DNA of 61,214 bases from Chloroflexota bacterium. Lineage in GTDB: Bacteria > Chloroflexota > Limnocylindria > QHBO01. The translations under genes were made by a program, and so were the position numbers. This document shows positions 59,194-61,214 of the stretch, piece after piece. Positions within the stretch are counted from its first letter, which is position 1. Every line of letters begins with the position of its first letter. The notes under the pieces are model-generated. The model worked only from the letters and a program-made list of their open reading frames with translations, made no database searches and was not told the DNA's origin. The DNA is taken from NCBI GenBank assembly GCA_039933775.1, contig JBDTNK010000004.1:1-61214 (forward strand), read 5' to 3'.

Positions 59194-59808
59194 TCAGGAT
59201 GCGTCCGCGTCGTCGTCGAGGGCGCCGATGATGGCGGCGGCGTAGCGACGCGTGCCGCCGATCGCCTCGCGCAGGGCGGCGACCGAAAGCGTGCCCTCCT
59301 CGGCGAGCGTCTGAGCAACCGCGATCAGCTCCTCGGCCACGTCCGCGGGGTAGTCAATACCCGGCGCCAGGGAGACGAGCTCGCCGCTGCCGCGCAGGTA
59401 GTCGAGCGCTGCCTCCGGCAGGCCAAGGCGGCGCGCAACCGCATCCGCGCGCGGTGGTGCTGGGCTCTCGGCACGCAGAGCCGCGAGGAGCGCGTCGGCG
59501 CGTTCCCGCCATGCGTCGGGCAACGTGGCGACGTGCGAGGGCAGGCGCACGCGGTGACCGGTGCGCACGAGCTCCCCCCGCTCGACGAGATCATCGACGA
59601 CGGACCTCAGCTCGGCATCGGTCAGGGGCAGTGTGCCCCCGCCGCGATGCGAGGCGGGGCGGGAGGCCCCGGAGCGGCGCAGCTCGGCGACGACCGCGTC
59701 GACGCGGATATCGGGCACCAGTGGATCGCGGCCGTGGAGGCGCCCGAGTGTGTTGAGCAGCCGGCGTTCGGCGGTCAGGCGAAGCCGGTCCGGGCCGGGC
59801 TGCTTCAT
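59194..59808 (-). CDS. stand-alone SelB C-terminal winged-helix-like protein
   Basis: LHGRDPL, LDYLRGSGELV, LSVAALREAIGGTRRYA resemble SelB domain IV; no GTPase domain. Confidence 0.65.
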   Translation of the reverse strand: MKQPGPDRLRLTAERRLLNTLGRLHGRDPLVPDIRVDAVVAELRRSGASRPASHRGGGTLPLTDAELRSVVDDLVERGELVRTGHRVRLPSHVATLPDAWRERADALLAALRAESPAPPRADAVARRLGLPEAALDYLRGSGELVSLAPGIDYPADVAEELIAVAQTLAEEGTLSVAALREAIGGTRRYAAAIIGALDDDADAS

Positions 59809-59830
59809 CGGTCCTTCTAGAAGTCCAGGC

Positions 59831-60364
59831 TCAGCCGGCGACGCCGCGCGTGCCCTCGACCGCGATGCGGATCGCCCGCGACTCCTCCTCGGAGAGGGCG
59901 TGGCTCGAGGTGGCGCCCTCGACCGGCTTGGCGTAGATGCGCGTGTTCGAGCGCCCGTGCAGGCTGCTGATGACGATGCCGTCGCGCGCGTCGTCGAGGA
60001 GGGCGATCGCGAAGCTCTGGTCCGAGCCGGTGTCCTCGAACGGATTGAAGCGCACCATCCCGATGTGCCGCAGGCTGCTCCGCGTCCGCTCCTCGAGCGT
60101 CGTCTGCAGCCGGTTCACCTCATCCAGGCGACCGCTCACATCGGTCACCCGTCCGACATGGCTTTCCAGCATCTCGCGCAACGAGCCACCGTCCGTGCCG
60201 CCGCCCAGGAGCGCCTCGTAGCGACGCACCGCGCCGCGCAGCCGGAACGACTGGGTGACGAGCAGGGCGAGCAGGATGATGAGCAGGGCCGCGACGATCG
60301 CGAAGGCGACCGCCAGGTTCTCGAGGAGGATCCGGTTGAGGTCGGCCACGGCGGTCGGTATCAT
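59831..60364 (-). CDS. DUF4446 family protein
   Basis: TM + coiled coil, GMVRFNPFEDTGSDQSFAIALLD, RIYAKPV, LSEEE. Confidence 0.85.
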   Translation of the reverse strand: MIPTAVADLNRILLENLAVAFAIVAALLIILLALLVTQSFRLRGAVRRYEALLGGGTDGGSLREMLESHVGRVTDVSGRLDEVNRLQTTLEERTRSSLRHIGMVRFNPFEDTGSDQSFAIALLDDARDGIVISSLHGRSNTRIYAKPVEGATSSHALSEEESRAIRIAVEGTRGVAG

Positions 60365-60424
60365 AGCGCTCCGCCCGGCTCGCCTGAGCCGATGCGCCGT
60401 GCCCACAGAAACCCCGAGGAGCGC

Positions 60425-60814
60425 ATGCCAGCCAAACGCACCGGCAAGGCCAGCAGCCGTCAGTCACGACAGCGACGCCAGCAGCAGCGGTCGAGCCAGC
60501 GTGCGCCCCTCCAGCGGCCGACCGATGTGGCTGGGACCAACGCGCCCGATGTGACTCCGGCAGCACCGCTGGCGCCCACACCGTCGGTATCCGCACCTGC
60601 TGTGGCCTCAGGCTCCTCCGCGGCGCGCTCGACGCGCCCGGCCTCGAAGTTCGCGGGGCTGTACGGATCGTCACGGCTCAGCGAGCAGGCGCACCTCGAG
60701 TACCACTACGTGGAGCGCGACCTGCGCAACATCGGCGTCCTGGTGGCGGTCATGCTCGTCCTGCTGATCATCGCCACGGTTGTACTCAACGCCATCGGCA
60801 TCGGCCCCAGCTAG
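60425..60814 (+). CDS. hypothetical protein with disordered N-terminus and C-terminal TM
   Basis: GAGGAG RBS before ATG 60425; EYHYVERDLRNIG followed by a hydrophobic helix. Confidence 0.7.
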   Translation: MPAKRTGKASSRQSRQRRQQQRSSQRAPLQRPTDVAGTNAPDVTPAAPLAPTPSVSAPAVASGSSAARSTRPASKFAGLYGSSRLSEQAHLEYHYVERDLRNIGVLVAVMLVLLIIATVVLNAIGIGPS

Positions 60815-61214
60815 CCGGCGTCCCCCTTGCGTGCCGCGCGGCGCTCGCGGCGCAGCCGGTCGAGGCGCTCCCCGATCTTCGCCTCGAGACCCGCGTTCGA
60901 GGGCTCGTAGTAGACCCGGCCGACGAGCTCGTCGGGCAGATACTGCTGGTCGACGTCCGCGCCCTCGAAGTCGTGCGGGTATTGGTAGCCCTTGCCGTAG
61001 CCATGCTCGCGCGCCAGGCGCCGATGCGACGAAGGCCGCAGGTGGAGCGGCACCGGCAGGCGCCCCTTCTGCTCGACGTCGGCCAGCGCGGCGAAGTAGG
61101 CGCCACCGGCTCGATTCGACTTGGGGGCCGATGCGACGTAGGCGACCGCCTGGGCCAGGGCGTACTGCGCCTCCGGCAGCCCGATCATCTCGACCGCCTG
61201 CATCGCCGCCACCG
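60811..61214 (-). CDS. rarA: replication-associated recombination protein A, C-terminal part (runs off window end)
   Basis: IGLPEA, ASAPKSN, VPLHLR, GYGKGYQYPHD, QQYLP. Confidence 0.92.
   Translation of the reverse strand, partial: VAAMQAVEMIGLPEAQYALAQAVAYVASAPKSNRAGGAYFAALADVEQKGRLPVPLHLRPSSHRRLAREHGYGKGYQYPHDFEGADVDQQYLPDELVGRVYYEPSNAGLEAKIGERLDRLRRERRAARKGDAG

Noticed and set aside
3759-59231. Very long antisense or alternate-frame ORFs (e.g. 3759..5870, 10175..12589, 34841..36790, 46103..48145, 56877..59231)
   Set aside because: Shadow frames of real genes caused by high-GC codon bias; no recognisable motifs
1-61214. CRISPR arrays, rRNA, IS elements, selenoprotein read-through
   Set aside because: No repeat-spacer array, rRNA or transposase seen, and no recognised gene appeared split at an in-frame TGA; checked by eye only

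Overview
High-GC bacterial chromosome segment. Gene content (FemABX + MurE, Tad pseudopilins, Gram-positive-type LexA box, DUF4446) suggests Chloroflexota or a similar monoderm; this is inference only. About 55 genes, mostly on the minus strand and mostly housekeeping: aspS (partial), hisS, rel, fem-murE-fem, xerC-topA, dprA-comM, nfeD/SPFH, ftsH-tilS-tRNA(CAT), pckA, ftsB-like, mrfAB-like, ychF, murI, a UvrD-nuclease fusion and rarA (partial). Accessory parts are a GNAT cassette between ~125-bp direct repeats, an orphan tadE-tadE-tadG cluster, two REC-CpaE genes, an AfuABC-like transporter and a hemerythrin/DUF2249/SufT redox island. The best candidate for an undescribed system is a stand-alone DnaB-type ATPase + J-domain + HAD + 2H-phosphoesterase operon whose promoter shares an ACCRATGG motif with the tad, cpaE and ftsH upstream regions. 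Also notable: a divergent promoter carrying a DnaA box and a LexA box, a stand-alone SelB winged-helix gene, and many apparently leaderless genes. No CRISPR array, rRNA or transposase was seen. All calls come from motif recognition by eye; no database searches were run.
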